The position numbers and the translations under genes are program-made. Of a stretch of DNA of 62,770 nt, positions 18,787 to 29,716 are shown piece after piece; position 1 is the first letter of the stretch, and every line of letters begins with the position of its first letter. Source of the DNA: a virus (Duplodnaviria; Caudoviricetes); the IMG/VR virus record IMGVR_UViG_3300028423_000363, positions 1-62,770 of that record; one strand, 5' to 3'. The notes under the pieces were generated by a model, which had not been told where the DNA came from, ran no database searches, and worked only from the letters and a program-made list of their open reading frames with translations.

Positions 18787-19484
18787 TATTGCTCTTTATT
18801 ATCTTTTACTGTTTCTTTATTCATAGCGACTTGAATAACTTCAGGGTCTCTTATTGTAATACCACAATAGCCTAAAATCTTTATAATTAATCGTGTTTCG
18901 TCGCTAGGATGCAACTCTATATCTTGAAAATCTGAAGCTGAAGGATTGTAAACAGGATTTCCTGCTACCTCTAAAAATGTCCATTTAGGTTGCTTAGGCT
19001 CTCTTATATATGTGGCATTTACATTATCCTCTATTGTTGTTGGATATACTTCAAACTTACTTCCAAACCTTGTGTATAAAGGATAGGTTTCTGTCGGAGA
19101 AGCATAATGGTCATTTTTCAACATAGCAATAATAGACTTAGGTGTTTCTTCTATAATAGCGTCTTTATAGGTTAACTGAATAACCCTATAAACATCTGTT
19201 GCGTTTATCTCAAAAACACCTGTAGCTGTGTTAGTCAAAGCAGAAAAGTCTGCAAAAACATCTATTTTTTCTCTTATGTTTTTAGGTATATCACTATATT
19301 CAGAGTTAGTCATACGCTGATTTTGCATATTAATATATCTGTTATAGTGATAGAAATTATCTTCGAATATACTTCTCTGTGCTAAACCTGCTAAACGATT
19401 AAACTCCGCAGGAGGTATAGTACCTCTATTTTCCTTATTTAATAGGGTTAATACGGTGTTTCGTACTCTATCTATCATGCTCAC
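18786..19484 (-). CDS. Tail tubular protein A / adaptor-like
   Basis: LNKENRG.IPP.EFN..A..AQ and YIREP..PKW motifs; follows the capsid gene. Confidence 0.6.
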   Translation of the reverse strand: MSMIDRVRNTVLTLLNKENRGTIPPAEFNRLAGLAQRSIFEDNFYHYNRYINMQNQRMTNSEYSDIPKNIREKIDVFADFSALTNTATGVFEINATDVYRVIQLTYKDAIIEETPKSIIAMLKNDHYASPTETYPLYTRFGSKFEVYPTTIEDNVNATYIREPKQPKWTFLEVAGNPVYNPSASDFQDIELHPSDETRLIIKILGYCGITIRDPEVIQVAMNKETVKDNKEQ

Positions 19485-19508
19485 TTGAATTTATACAAAG
19501 ATACGAAT

Positions 19509-19538
19509 AAAAAAAGAGGTCGATTAAGACCCCTTTTT
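19509..19538 (-). terminator. Intrinsic terminator after major capsid gene
   Basis: On +: AAAAAAAGAGGTC-GATTAA-GACCCCTTTTT. Confidence 0.7.
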
Positions 19539-19576
19539 ATCAAACATATATTATGTTTTGCCTATCTAATTATCAG

Positions 19577-20905
19577 TTAGCTTCGGAAGACAACAAAGTT
19601 GTTTCTACCCATAGTACATAAAGCTCTCTCTGATAAGAAATGCAATTCGTTTGCATCTTTATCACTTGTACGAGCACCACCTGCTGAACCTGTCATCCAA
19701 GTTTTGTAACGTCTATCCTCTCCTTGAGCGGCACGATATTTAACGTGTAAGAATGGAAGTGTTGCGTTTTCACCCATTACTTCATCATATACGTTAGTTG
19801 TACCTGCTGGCACTAATACAGCGTTAACTTTACCATTACCTGTGAAAGCTCCACGAGTAGTTGGGTCGTTTAAGTATTTCCAAGAAGTCTTGTAGAAATC
19901 ATACTCACCTCTACGGAAACCTGTAAATCCTAAGTTAAGAGCAGTTTCTTCATCACCGAATACACCGTAAGAAGTACCACCTGCACCATAACTGTTCTGA
20001 GCAGCTAACATATCGTCAATAGCTAAAGATTGAGTACGATTGTTGAAAATCATGTTCTCTTCAATAGCAGCTTGTTGATCTAATCGGTCAAGGATTCCGT
20101 CAAAGTCAGATAAAGTATCAGCTACACCTGTAAATACGTTACCCTCTTCTACAGCCTCAAAGAAACCTTCTGTACCTTTCTTGCCTGCACCTCCAGCATC
20201 AGAACCTGACTCTACGTTTCTGTTTTCAATCATAGCTGTTTCCAATACATCATCAAAGCGCATTCTTGTCTGAGAACGTGATTTTAAGTACCATAAGAAA
20301 CCACCGCCTTCTTCAGCGTTTAATTCAATCCAACCTACTTGAGTCATATCAGAGCCGTTAACAACGTCAACGTCTTTGATAATCACAGGTGAGTTTTCAT
20401 AAATATCTACAGGAGCTTCCTTACTCTCTGTCATACCGTTAGTTCCTTTTGCAAATTCAGAACCGATAACGAAAAGGTTAAGACCTGTTGTTCCTACGTC
20501 AAATCCACCTGACTTACTTGATACAGCAGTAAAGGTGTCATCAGTTACAGCAGTAACGTGAGCCACGTCTTCGCTAGTCCCGTCATTGATGAGTAAAACT
20601 TCGTTTACTCGGAATGGGTGTCCTACTAAATCAAATACATTAGCAGTACGCTCAACGCCTGTAGCTACATTACGTAGACGAGTTTCTTCAGACCATTTGA
20701 TAAGGTCAGATGAACTTGGCATTTCACTTGATGTTCGCTCTAAGAAACCTTTAATAGATTGGTTTCCGTAACGTTGAAATTCTTCAGTAACTAAATCTGG
20801 AAGATACTGATTGTCGAAGTTAAATACATCTAAATAATTAGTTGTTAAAACTTCTTTCGTTGGTGAAGGAGTTAATGATACTCCTGGACTTGCTTCTATA
20901 GCCAT
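19577..20905 (-). CDS. Major capsid protein
   Basis: 442 aa, follows the scaffold gene and is followed by a terminator. QYLPD...RYGN, GSEFAKGT, GTEGFFEAV and HFLSERALC motifs of flavobacterial podophage capsids. Confidence 0.85.
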   Translation of the reverse strand: MAIEASPGVSLTPSPTKEVLTTNYLDVFNFDNQYLPDLVTEEFQRYGNQSIKGFLERTSSEMPSSSDLIKWSEETRLRNVATGVERTANVFDLVGHPFRVNEVLLINDGTSEDVAHVTAVTDDTFTAVSSKSGGFDVGTTGLNLFVIGSEFAKGTNGMTESKEAPVDIYENSPVIIKDVDVVNGSDMTQVGWIELNAEEGGGFLWYLKSRSQTRMRFDDVLETAMIENRNVESGSDAGGAGKKGTEGFFEAVEEGNVFTGVADTLSDFDGILDRLDQQAAIEENMIFNNRTQSLAIDDMLAAQNSYGAGGTSYGVFGDEETALNLGFTGFRRGEYDFYKTSWKYLNDPTTRGAFTGNGKVNAVLVPAGTTNVYDEVMGENATLPFLHVKYRAAQGEDRRYKTWMTGSAGGARTSDKDANELHFLSERALCTMGRNNFVVFRS

Positions 20906-20908
20906 TTT

Positions 20909-22084
20909 TTACTGTTTTTTTCTAAAATTAAACTTAATACCTGGCTGACCTGGATTAATAGCTTTCATTGTGAAACCCTTTTTAGGATTACTTTCAGAAG
21001 ATTTATGACCTGAGAAATTAATATTCTTACTTTCTTTAGTCTCTTCTGCGATAGCTTCAGACTTTCCTAACTCATAAAAATGCTTAGCCATAGCGTCTGC
21101 ATTCATAGCTGCGTTTAGCGCTTTATGATACCCTTTCACATCTTTGATAGCACCATTTTCATCGGTAAACTTTCCTATAAAGTTATTTACATCTGATTGC
21201 ATCTTTGCTAAAGACTGTGAATCACCACTTTTAAAGACCTTCTTTTGTCCACCTAGCTCGAACTCGAAACCTTCGAAATCTTGACTAAAAACAGACTGAG
21301 TTTCTTTAAGGAAATTCTCGTGTCTTTGCTTTATCACATTTTGCTGTTCTTCCTGCAACCTTTGAACTTCGCTTAGCTTTGTCTTAGCCTCTTTGTACTC
21401 TTCAGGAATCTGCACTTCACTTGTAGAAGACCCTTCCACAGGTGCTTTATACTTCTCCTTCTGAGACTCAAGATAAGATACCGCTTCGCTTAGTAACTTT
21501 TTCTTATTTCTATTCTTTTTACGGACTTCAGAATCGTCGTCAATGTCTTCGTCAACTTTAAACTCATTCAACTCATCTTTAATGTCCTCGTCTGAGAAAA
21601 AAGGATTTTTATCCTTGATGTAGCGTTTTAATGTCGCTTCTTCACTTTCCTTAGACCAATCTTTCTGTAATTCTAAAAAGTCTTGATAACTCCTATTAGT
21701 TTCTTTTTTGTAATCTAAATAAGACTGTAACTCTTGAGGTATTTCTGTTTCTTGTTTTGGTTTAGATAAATCTTCTAAACTTTCAGCTTCAATACCTTTG
21801 TCTTTAAGAAACTTTAGTACGTCATCATCTTTTAGACCTATTTCTTCTTGTACGTCTTGCTTTTGCTCTTCATTTTGCTCTTGCCCTTCGGCTTGCTGCA
21901 ACTCTTCTTCTTTCTCATCTTTATTGTTTGTTTGAGGTTGTTCCTCTGTTGTTACTTGTTCTTCTTGAGTAGTTTCACTAACTTCCTCTTGTTTTACATC
22001 TTCTTTTTGCTCTTGCTTTGGCTCAACTTTTACTTTGTCTTCCTCGCCAACAACCTTAGCATTTTTCAAAAAACTCAATTCCAT
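20909..22084 (-). CDS. Capsid scaffolding protein
   Basis: Very acidic, E/Q-rich N-terminus and coiled coils; HFYELGK motif; between portal and capsid. Confidence 0.7.
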   Translation of the reverse strand: MELSFLKNAKVVGEEDKVKVEPKQEQKEDVKQEEVSETTQEEQVTTEEQPQTNNKDEKEEELQQAEGQEQNEEQKQDVQEEIGLKDDDVLKFLKDKGIEAESLEDLSKPKQETEIPQELQSYLDYKKETNRSYQDFLELQKDWSKESEEATLKRYIKDKNPFFSDEDIKDELNEFKVDEDIDDDSEVRKKNRNKKKLLSEAVSYLESQKEKYKAPVEGSSTSEVQIPEEYKEAKTKLSEVQRLQEEQQNVIKQRHENFLKETQSVFSQDFEGFEFELGGQKKVFKSGDSQSLAKMQSDVNNFIGKFTDENGAIKDVKGYHKALNAAMNADAMAKHFYELGKSEAIAEETKESKNINFSGHKSSESNPKKGFTMKAINPGQPGIKFNFRKKQ

Positions 22085-22128
22085 AGATTATATTTATTTA
22101 GATTAATACAAAGATAATAATTATTTAT

Positions 22129-24576
22129 CTATTGATTTTCATTTTCAAATTCAGTAAGGTCAAACTCGCTAAGTTCTATATCTTGTTCTTCGAAGTCAAT
22201 AGCATCAAGCTCTTTTTGTCTTTGCTCTGTCAATTTAGACTCCATAGACTTTTCCTTTACTGTTCTTTGGTCTTTTCTATCCTCTTTCATTCTATCTCTT
22301 TCGGTCTGAGACTGAACTTCCATTTGCTTTTTAGGTATGTCGTACTCTCCACGAATCTTCTCTATCTGCATTTTATAGTTGTACTCTCTATCCATTTTAG
22401 CCATATCCTGCTCGAATTTCATCTTAGAAAGCTGACTTTCCCCTTGCAGTTCCGCTTGTTTCTTTTGAAGTTCTGCTTGCGACGAAGCCTGAGAAGATTG
22501 AATGTTTGCTTGTTTTTGAGCCTCAATCTCTTGCATTTTCTGTTGCTGTTTCTGCTTAGCATATTTCTTCTTGCGTATCTTGAGTATCTCATTGGCATAT
22601 TTTAAATTTGATATGTTTAATATATCTATCTTATCTTCTACACCTAAGTTTCCATTCTGTATCTCAATCTGTATATCCTGCTCTAACCTTGCTTTATCTT
22701 CATCGTCAGGCTCTAACTCTAAGTGTATGGCGAAATCCCTTAAATGCATATCCTTGAAGTACTCTAAGTTTCTTACACTTCCTGAACCAATCTTCTGAAT
22801 GAAATCATCTTTAGTTTCTGAAAACTCTAGTATGTCTGATATACGAATACTCGTTAGTTGCGCTAATCTCTTTGTGATAAAGTTAGAGCCAATAAGGACT
22901 TGTTTAGTTGCTTCATTTGAGTTGTAGGCAGCCATTTTCTGAAGACCAACTAATGCATCTTTATCAGGTTGATTCCCGTCCATTCTAGTTAAGCCTGTAA
23001 CATCTTTAATCATCTGTATGTTAAAAGCATATTGTCTTTCAAAAGCAGCTAGTTTATTAGCAGAACTGCTAGACCTTATTTCCTGAATAGGAACTTTAGC
23101 ATTGTTAAACTCACCTCCGTAAGTAGAACTCCTACCGAAAATACTACCTGTAGTCATAAACATATCAAATGCTTCTGTCGGAGTATATTTATTACCATTA
23201 CCTAAGTCTATTTCCATTAATCCGTCAACATCTATAAACTGACCATCAGGTAACGTCATTTGAAGTGTTTGTTGTATTTTAAGGTCTATCATTTTAATTT
23301 TGTCGGAGAATGGTATCATTCTATCGACTAAGCTATCAATATGACCTCTACCTATACCTGGAGCACAAATAGCGTAAGGAGGTAATACTTTATTAGAATT
23401 AGACTTAGGTCTCATTTGATTTTCCATAACTTCCCACTGAAGTAATATGTCTGTGCCTAAAACATAAGCACCCTCAAACCAAATCTCCTCAGACTTAATT
23501 CTCTTTTTAAAATCTCTATCTCCGTTTCCTTTAACTTCGAAATCCTTATCTCTCTTTAATACTTTTCGACCTCCTGTCTTATTAGACTTCTCTTTCCAAA
23601 TCTTTTTTCTTACGGTTTTGTAGGCAAATTTAAGTATAGCTATTTTACCGTCTAAGTTATCATCATAAACAGAGTAACTGTCAAGTCCGTGATATTCTCC
23701 CCAAGTTGTCGAAGCTTCTTGGATTTTATCCTTTTCTTCTTCTGTTAATTGTGGGTTTTCTCTAATCACGTTAGATATAAGCTCGCTACTAAATTCTCCG
23801 AAGTAAAAACAATCTTTAAAGAAAGGGTCTTCTGTGTAACTATAGATAAAGTTTTCAGGGTCTACATAATTATAAACAATTCCGTCACTATAAGAGTATT
23901 CATTTTTAACACCACCTATACCTATTTCAACTAAATCACTTATTATTCTAAACCTTAAATCATCATCATAGTCATTATCCTCCATAACAGACTTAATAGC
24001 TAATTCTTGAGCTATTTCCGAAGAAGGTTTAAACTTCATATTAGCGTGTATGTCTAACTCTTCTTGACTGTCAGGCAATTCATCAGGATTCATTGTAAAT
24101 AAGTCTACACCTAATTCTTGTTTAGCTTTCATCGTAAAGTCTTTAGTAAGCATATCTTTTTCTATAGCCTCACGATACTTAGCTCTTTCCTCTTGACTTT
24201 CTCTATCTATAGACATCGCTGTAATAGAATAATTTCTATCCATCATTCCATTTACAACCCAATCTTTAAATTTAGGTATGATAGGTATCGGTTCGTAGTC
24301 TAAGTTTAAATAAGAAACATCACCATCTACATTGATATAGTCTTTGTATTTTCTAGTAGACTGTTTCCCTTTAGCATACAGACGTCTTCTTATGAATTCA
24401 TTTTTGCTATCATAAAACCTAGAGCTACTGTTCCCTTCTCTTTTGAACCATTCTCCTTGAATAGCCTTAGCAACCTGTTTTCCGTATTCAGGTTGTTTCT
24501 GTTTAGAAAAGTCGTCTGTGTGTTTAGGGAAAGAAACTCTTTCAATACTCATTCTGTTTTTCTGCTTACCTCTCAT
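22129..24576 (-). CDS. Portal protein
   Basis: 815 aa immediately after the terminase. RLYAKGKQS, SYLNLDY.PIPIIPKF, and a Q-rich C-terminal coiled-coil barrel. Confidence 0.85.
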   Translation of the reverse strand: MRGKQKNRMSIERVSFPKHTDDFSKQKQPEYGKQVAKAIQGEWFKREGNSSSRFYDSKNEFIRRRLYAKGKQSTRKYKDYINVDGDVSYLNLDYEPIPIIPKFKDWVVNGMMDRNYSITAMSIDRESQEERAKYREAIEKDMLTKDFTMKAKQELGVDLFTMNPDELPDSQEELDIHANMKFKPSSEIAQELAIKSVMEDNDYDDDLRFRIISDLVEIGIGGVKNEYSYSDGIVYNYVDPENFIYSYTEDPFFKDCFYFGEFSSELISNVIRENPQLTEEEKDKIQEASTTWGEYHGLDSYSVYDDNLDGKIAILKFAYKTVRKKIWKEKSNKTGGRKVLKRDKDFEVKGNGDRDFKKRIKSEEIWFEGAYVLGTDILLQWEVMENQMRPKSNSNKVLPPYAICAPGIGRGHIDSLVDRMIPFSDKIKMIDLKIQQTLQMTLPDGQFIDVDGLMEIDLGNGNKYTPTEAFDMFMTTGSIFGRSSTYGGEFNNAKVPIQEIRSSSSANKLAAFERQYAFNIQMIKDVTGLTRMDGNQPDKDALVGLQKMAAYNSNEATKQVLIGSNFITKRLAQLTSIRISDILEFSETKDDFIQKIGSGSVRNLEYFKDMHLRDFAIHLELEPDDEDKARLEQDIQIEIQNGNLGVEDKIDILNISNLKYANEILKIRKKKYAKQKQQQKMQEIEAQKQANIQSSQASSQAELQKKQAELQGESQLSKMKFEQDMAKMDREYNYKMQIEKIRGEYDIPKKQMEVQSQTERDRMKEDRKDQRTVKEKSMESKLTEQRQKELDAIDFEEQDIELSEFDLTEFENENQ

Positions 24577-27191
24577 TACCTCTTAATGTTTATTTTAATA
24601 GTGCTTGGCTTTTGATTTCTAGCACTATATTTTTCTATATTTTTAGCCATTAATGCTAGTCCTGAACTAATCGTAGCATCATACTTTGTCCTCTTATTTA
24701 TATCAAACTTTAACCAATCTCTTAAAGTTCTTTCAAAATACATTCTTCCATAATCACCCTCTTCTTCGTTATACCCTATATGCTCATCTATATAAGACTC
24801 TATGGCAGATGCGTGCATTTGTTTCATATCTTCCGAAGAGTTAGGAACTCCACCTATTTCTTTTTCTGCTTTTGACAGCATATTCATCGGTTTGTCAAAC
24901 CTCGTTATTGCAAAGTTACGATATCCTCTGTTCTTGAAATGATAAAGTAGTCTAGGCTTATTATTCTCAATTAATACGGGCATTCCATAAAAAACGGACG
25001 CCATAAGCACATTTTCAAAAAATTTATCGGCTGTACTCTCTCTAGCTATATATTCTAAAAAGAAATGTTCACTTGGTACATCTCCTATAGAGAACCTAGT
25101 CACTCCATGTAAAGCACCTTTAGAACCACCACTTTCATTATCTCCATTTCCGTATTTACTAACACCCTCAACAGTACCTGATATATCATAGCTATCACAA
25201 CCAAACACACCTATATGACCGTTTAAAGGCGATTTACTATAACCTCCGTAGCCTATTTTATTTTCCCAACGGTTACGAAGCTCTAATGGAGGAATCCACG
25301 TCACTCTAAAATGTCCGTTTTTAGAAGGTGTCCAAACTACTTCTGTATCAGGAATACCACCTTTCCAAGAGAAATTACCTTCCATAACCACTTCTCCTAC
25401 TTTAGATTGGTCTACGTAATCTAACTGCTCATTTATTTTCTCTATATTAAATATACAATTTACAGCTTCATCTCTAAACGCCTCTTCAGGTGTCATAGGG
25501 AACGCTCTTAACTCTTCGTTATAAGCAATCTCACTTTCTTTACGTTTAGCCTTTCTTCTAGCTTCTAGATAATCTATAGAACCTACTTTCTTAATATTAC
25601 CATGAACATTCTCGAAATATTCTCCGTCAACTACAACTTCGTGACATTTACCATACTTATCTGTAAACTCTGTCATATTCTTATGAGCAGGCAAAAAGTA
25701 TCTGTAAAGACCTGTGGGTGTTCTCTCTGTAACTTTATCTCTCTTCTCTACGTCTGAAGATTTCCAAAGCTTATGAAACGCTTCTCCACCTTTGTTTCTA
25801 GCAGCAACAGTAGAGCCTAAAAAAGCCTTACCTACAACCTTACCACCCTCATCAAACGTAGGAGAAACTTGTCCCCAATGATTTTCAAAAGACGCTCTTT
25901 CCCATTTACTAGCTTCGTCTCCTAAGTACCTAAACATCTTGTAACTATCATAACTACCCTCACTTGTAGGTTTAAAGTTTATGTAAGTGTTTAAGTAATC
26001 ATCTGTGTTTGTATCTTTACTTTTTTTAGCTTTCTTACTTCTGTCAGGTGGTTTAGCGAAGTGTAAATACTTAGTGTTATCTACACTATTCTTTGTTACA
26101 GGCTGAAAGAAGAATGGTAGGTTTTGAAACGCATAAGATAATTTACTAAACGCCTCCTGAGCATCTTTATCTGTTTTCGAAGTAATACCAAAGTTTGCGT
26201 TATTAGTTGATGTGGCTTCGTCTAAGAATGAAAAAACCTTCTCATAAGTAAAACCTGTACGCCTTGATTTAACAAACAACTCCCCTAAACTTCTAGGGTC
26301 TAGCTTACAAGCCTCTCTGTGATATGTTAAATATAATTGAGCGTACCTGAAATCCATATAACCACCGTCATCTTTCATCTTACACCATTGCAGTGCAAAG
26401 TAAAAAGAGCCAGGCAACCATACAGCATCTCCGTTATTGTAAAACCATATACCTTCACGTCTTTTTCTAAACTCTTCAGCAATATACTCTGCGTAGGCTT
26501 CTTCTGTATCTACAGTTAGTCCTTTAGGTAATTCGCTTCTACGCCAATACTGCTCCTCTTTAGGTAAGTCGTGATATAGTATTTTAGTTTTGTCTTTAGG
26601 CTCTTCAGGCAGAGTAATATTTAAACCCTCTAAGTTTATAATTTTGCCTTTAGTTCCTTTAGGACAAATAAGTATAGAGTCTGTTTCCATATCATACCAC
26701 TCTTTGTGATAATTACTTAAAGGAAATAACTCTTGATTTGCAAACTTTTCAGGATAACCTCTTTTAAACTCTTTGTCGGAGAGATTAAACTTATCTGCAT
26801 CTAACTGAAGTCTAAGCTCAATTAAGTTCGAGTCTATATTTACTATTGCTTGGTGTAAAACAGATTTACCCTCTGTAACTAAGTGATGCTTATCTTCATC
26901 TATCTCACTGTAATCTATTTGTTCTCTCAGAAATTGACGAAGAGTTATTAAAGCTTTGTCACCTGCATCTACAAGTCTTTCTATATAAGCCTTTAGTTTG
27001 TCAGGGTTAGGTTGATTTTGTGAGTTTTCCCACTTATGAATCATATCCTTAGCATACTTAAAAGAGTTTTCTTTACTCTTCATAAGTGTTTTCAGCTTTG
27101 TAGGGTCTAACGAGTCTACATCTATACTATACTCTAAACCTTGAATAATAGTATCAATAGCAGCCTCTATGTCTTTTCCGAAACCAATCAT
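24576..27191 (-). CDS. terL: Terminase large subunit with ~150-aa N-terminal extension
   Basis: Walker A VKSRRTGFT, Walker B YLGDEAS, motif III GST, nuclease GCDSYD and terminal KYDATISSG. Confidence 0.88.
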   Translation of the reverse strand: MIGFGKDIEAAIDTIIQGLEYSIDVDSLDPTKLKTLMKSKENSFKYAKDMIHKWENSQNQPNPDKLKAYIERLVDAGDKALITLRQFLREQIDYSEIDEDKHHLVTEGKSVLHQAIVNIDSNLIELRLQLDADKFNLSDKEFKRGYPEKFANQELFPLSNYHKEWYDMETDSILICPKGTKGKIINLEGLNITLPEEPKDKTKILYHDLPKEEQYWRRSELPKGLTVDTEEAYAEYIAEEFRKRREGIWFYNNGDAVWLPGSFYFALQWCKMKDDGGYMDFRYAQLYLTYHREACKLDPRSLGELFVKSRRTGFTYEKVFSFLDEATSTNNANFGITSKTDKDAQEAFSKLSYAFQNLPFFFQPVTKNSVDNTKYLHFAKPPDRSKKAKKSKDTNTDDYLNTYINFKPTSEGSYDSYKMFRYLGDEASKWERASFENHWGQVSPTFDEGGKVVGKAFLGSTVAARNKGGEAFHKLWKSSDVEKRDKVTERTPTGLYRYFLPAHKNMTEFTDKYGKCHEVVVDGEYFENVHGNIKKVGSIDYLEARRKAKRKESEIAYNEELRAFPMTPEEAFRDEAVNCIFNIEKINEQLDYVDQSKVGEVVMEGNFSWKGGIPDTEVVWTPSKNGHFRVTWIPPLELRNRWENKIGYGGYSKSPLNGHIGVFGCDSYDISGTVEGVSKYGNGDNESGGSKGALHGVTRFSIGDVPSEHFFLEYIARESTADKFFENVLMASVFYGMPVLIENNKPRLLYHFKNRGYRNFAITRFDKPMNMLSKAEKEIGGVPNSSEDMKQMHASAIESYIDEHIGYNEEEGDYGRMYFERTLRDWLKFDINKRTKYDATISSGLALMAKNIEKYSARNQKPSTIKINIKR

Positions 27192-27742
27192 ATTTCAGTA
27201 AGTAGGTCTTTGTATTTCATTCTATAATAAACCTCGCCATTAATCTTATAGGTTGCATTCTTAAAGTCTTTAAACGTATATCTCTTTCCGTTTACAAGAC
27301 CTAAATCGTTAAGTTCTTTGTTATCGAAAACCAACTCACCTATATTGTCTTGTTCTCTATTTCCGTGTATAAAGTCATCTTGAACTACAGGCTTTAAAAA
27401 CACATAAGGAAATCTAGAACTTTTGTTTCCGTTTTTATCGATTCTAAGGTAATAATCTTCTGTGTAAAATAAATCGTCTTTGATATGCTTCATAGAGTTA
27501 ACCATCTCTCTTCGTTGATTTCTCATCAATCTAAAAGTATTATGATGCACTATAAGCGTATCTCCTTTTTTTACATCACCTTGATAACCTATAGGTGTTT
27601 CTACAACAACTCCTTCTCTGTTTGTGTCGTGTCCATCTTCTATACTGTTAGAAATAACTAAATCAACGTCTCCGACTTTCTTAGTGTTATTGTATCTTTT
27701 GTTGTCTTTAGGTGTTATTATGAAATAATTAGGGCTTTTCAT
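27188..27742 (-). CDS. GroES-like (tandem) co-chaperonin-fold protein
   Basis: EGVVVETP...VKKGDTLIVHHNTF, then a second repeat FLKPV...GELVF...YKINGEVYYRMK, resembling GroES beta-barrels. Confidence 0.55.
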   Translation of the reverse strand: MKSPNYFIITPKDNKRYNNTKKVGDVDLVISNSIEDGHDTNREGVVVETPIGYQGDVKKGDTLIVHHNTFRLMRNQRREMVNSMKHIKDDLFYTEDYYLRIDKNGNKSSRFPYVFLKPVVQDDFIHGNREQDNIGELVFDNKELNDLGLVNGKRYTFKDFKNATYKINGEVYYRMKYKDLLTEI

Positions 27743-27743
27743 A

Positions 27744-27956
27744 CTACTCGATTATTTGATGTTCTTTAACAGTAACTATGCTTTCTTTGAAAGACTTCCA
27801 TTCCTGAACTTCATCTCCTTTCCTGAGATAAACAACAAACCAACCGTCTTTAAGTATAATGTTTGAGACAACTTGGTCTCTGAATTTAGACCCTACGACA
27901 TAAAACAGACCATTTTTAAGGTCTTCACCTATTCCTATTTTTCTATAACTATCCAT
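27744..27956 (-). CDS. Conserved small phage protein
   Basis: RKIGIG.DLKNG..Y.VG...WKSF; first gene after the promoter at 27979. Confidence 0.6.
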   Translation of the reverse strand: MDSYRKIGIGEDLKNGLFYVVGSKFRDQVVSNIILKDGWFVVYLRKGDEVQEWKSFKESIVTVKEHQIIE

Positions 27957-28010
27957 TGTATTAAATTTAACTATAATACAAAGATAGAGAATTATTTACA
28001 GATGTAGGTT

Positions 28011-29225
28011 TTATCGAGAGTTACACTTGACTACAGCAAGATGATTCACTTGAGTTGCGTTAACTCCAAACAAAACAGGAAGTAATAATGCTAAGAAGTC
28101 CAATACACCACCGCCTGTACTTTGTGTAAAAGCTCTAGCGTCAACTATATCTCCTGATGTTAAATTTATTTGAGTAGATAGCGTGTGTGCTCTTTGACTG
28201 TTTAATGCTAAAGGATTTTCATTTGCATCTATAGATATTAAATTTCCATTTACAAATATACCTAATGCTGTAGCTTGAGATGCAGAAACAAGACCCGACC
28301 TTACAACAACACCAGCACTTATGTCGTAAATTCCTGTAGTATTTACAGTTATTCTCCCGTCAGTACCTATGGTAAAGTTAGATGTAGCGTTGTTAAAAAC
28401 AGCCGTGTCATAATCTAATATCGTAAACTGACCGTCTGTAAGTGTTTGGTCTGCTGCTGTTGTAGACCTTACTGCTTCTTCTTCAGAGTCTAATCTACCC
28501 TCTAATCCATTTAATTCTGATTGAGTAGCTGTAGATATAGGCTTGTTTAAATCCGAAGTATTATCAACATTATTTAACCCTACATCAGATTTATCTAAAT
28601 CTATATTACCACTTCCTTCCAAAGATTGACCTTCTACAGTTTTAAGAGGTCTTTTAGATTGTATTGATGATGTTGTTTCGTCACCTGTATTTACTCCGCT
28701 TTGATTGTCTAAGTTAGATTTATCTCCTGTCACAAAGTTAGACGCTTCACTAGCAGAAAATATAGGATCTGATTCAGAAGTTAAATAACCCTGATTATTT
28801 GATAGCTGTGATATATCATCTTCAGGTTGTAGAGAAGTGTCAGCTAAATCTCCTTGAGCAGAAGTCGCATAATCACTTTCGTTAAAATCTGTTATATCAG
28901 ACTTAACGTGAGTATGTGTTAAACTTGCTTTTTGGTCTAATGCGGATTGAGTAGCTGTAGATATTGGCTTTTCTAAGTCTGAAGTGTTATTGACTTTAGA
29001 TAATCCTAAATCTTCTTTTGTAGTACCGTGAGGGTTTGTTCCGTCATTCAAATCTAATTCACTATGATCCTTATTAAACGTGTCAAGTATAGCTTCACTT
29101 TGAAGATACTCAACGAGTTTAGATACTGTAAAGTTTTTAGTAACATCACCTTCAGCATCAGAGCCTATCCACTTGTCTTGAGGTTGTATATTACTGTCTT
29201 GCTGATATGTTGATATTCTAGCCAT
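28011..29225 (-). CDS. Tail fibre/spike protein with C-terminal C1q/BclA-like beta domain
   Basis: MARISTY N-terminal module; duplicated (V.NTSDL.KPISTATQS.L) fibre repeat; TGIYDISA...LTSGDIVD C-terminus. Confidence 0.65.
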   Translation of the reverse strand: MARISTYQQDSNIQPQDKWIGSDAEGDVTKNFTVSKLVEYLQSEAILDTFNKDHSELDLNDGTNPHGTTKEDLGLSKVNNTSDLEKPISTATQSALDQKASLTHTHVKSDITDFNESDYATSAQGDLADTSLQPEDDISQLSNNQGYLTSESDPIFSASEASNFVTGDKSNLDNQSGVNTGDETTSSIQSKRPLKTVEGQSLEGSGNIDLDKSDVGLNNVDNTSDLNKPISTATQSELNGLEGRLDSEEEAVRSTTAADQTLTDGQFTILDYDTAVFNNATSNFTIGTDGRITVNTTGIYDISAGVVVRSGLVSASQATALGIFVNGNLISIDANENPLALNSQRAHTLSTQINLTSGDIVDARAFTQSTGGGVLDFLALLLPVLFGVNATQVNHLAVVKCNSR

Positions 29226-29710
29226 TATTTAGATATTTTCTTGAATTTCTCGAAGCCACGACTGCCGAAGTACGCTAAATACACAGTAATAAGTAGGTTT
29301 TTTAAAAGACTTACCCAAACTTCGTCTACATTAAAAGGACTGTCCGAGCTATCAGCAACAATTAATATAACTGTTGACAAAGTAAGAAACACAATAGTTA
29401 GAGGTCTTACGTTTTTAGACAACCAAGAGTCTGAAGTCATATCCGCTTCCCATCGTTTAGATATAGCTATAAACTCTTCTTTATCTAACTGTAGTTGTTC
29501 TACGAGCATTTTTTTATCAAACTCCGTTAATTCCTTAGAACCTTTTATCTTATCGCTAAGACGTTCTAACGCTTCTACGCCCGTAATACTACCTGCTATG
29601 TCTAAAAGTTCAGGAGCGACGTTCTTTCCTTGTTCAACGAGCCAACGCAAAGCATCTCCAACTCTTGTCGTGCCGTTTCTTTCTTTGTATGTAGGCTTTC
29701 TGTCTGGCAT
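29225..29710 (-). CDS. Holin-like membrane protein (3TM-holin/DUF3154-like)
   Basis: RWEADMTSDSWLSKNVRP followed by two TM helices and YFGSRG.EK. Confidence 0.65.
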   Translation of the reverse strand: MPDRKPTYKERNGTTRVGDALRWLVEQGKNVAPELLDIAGSITGVEALERLSDKIKGSKELTEFDKKMLVEQLQLDKEEFIAISKRWEADMTSDSWLSKNVRPLTIVFLTLSTVILIVADSSDSPFNVDEVWVSLLKNLLITVYLAYFGSRGFEKFKKISK

Positions 29711-29716
29711 AGAGGT

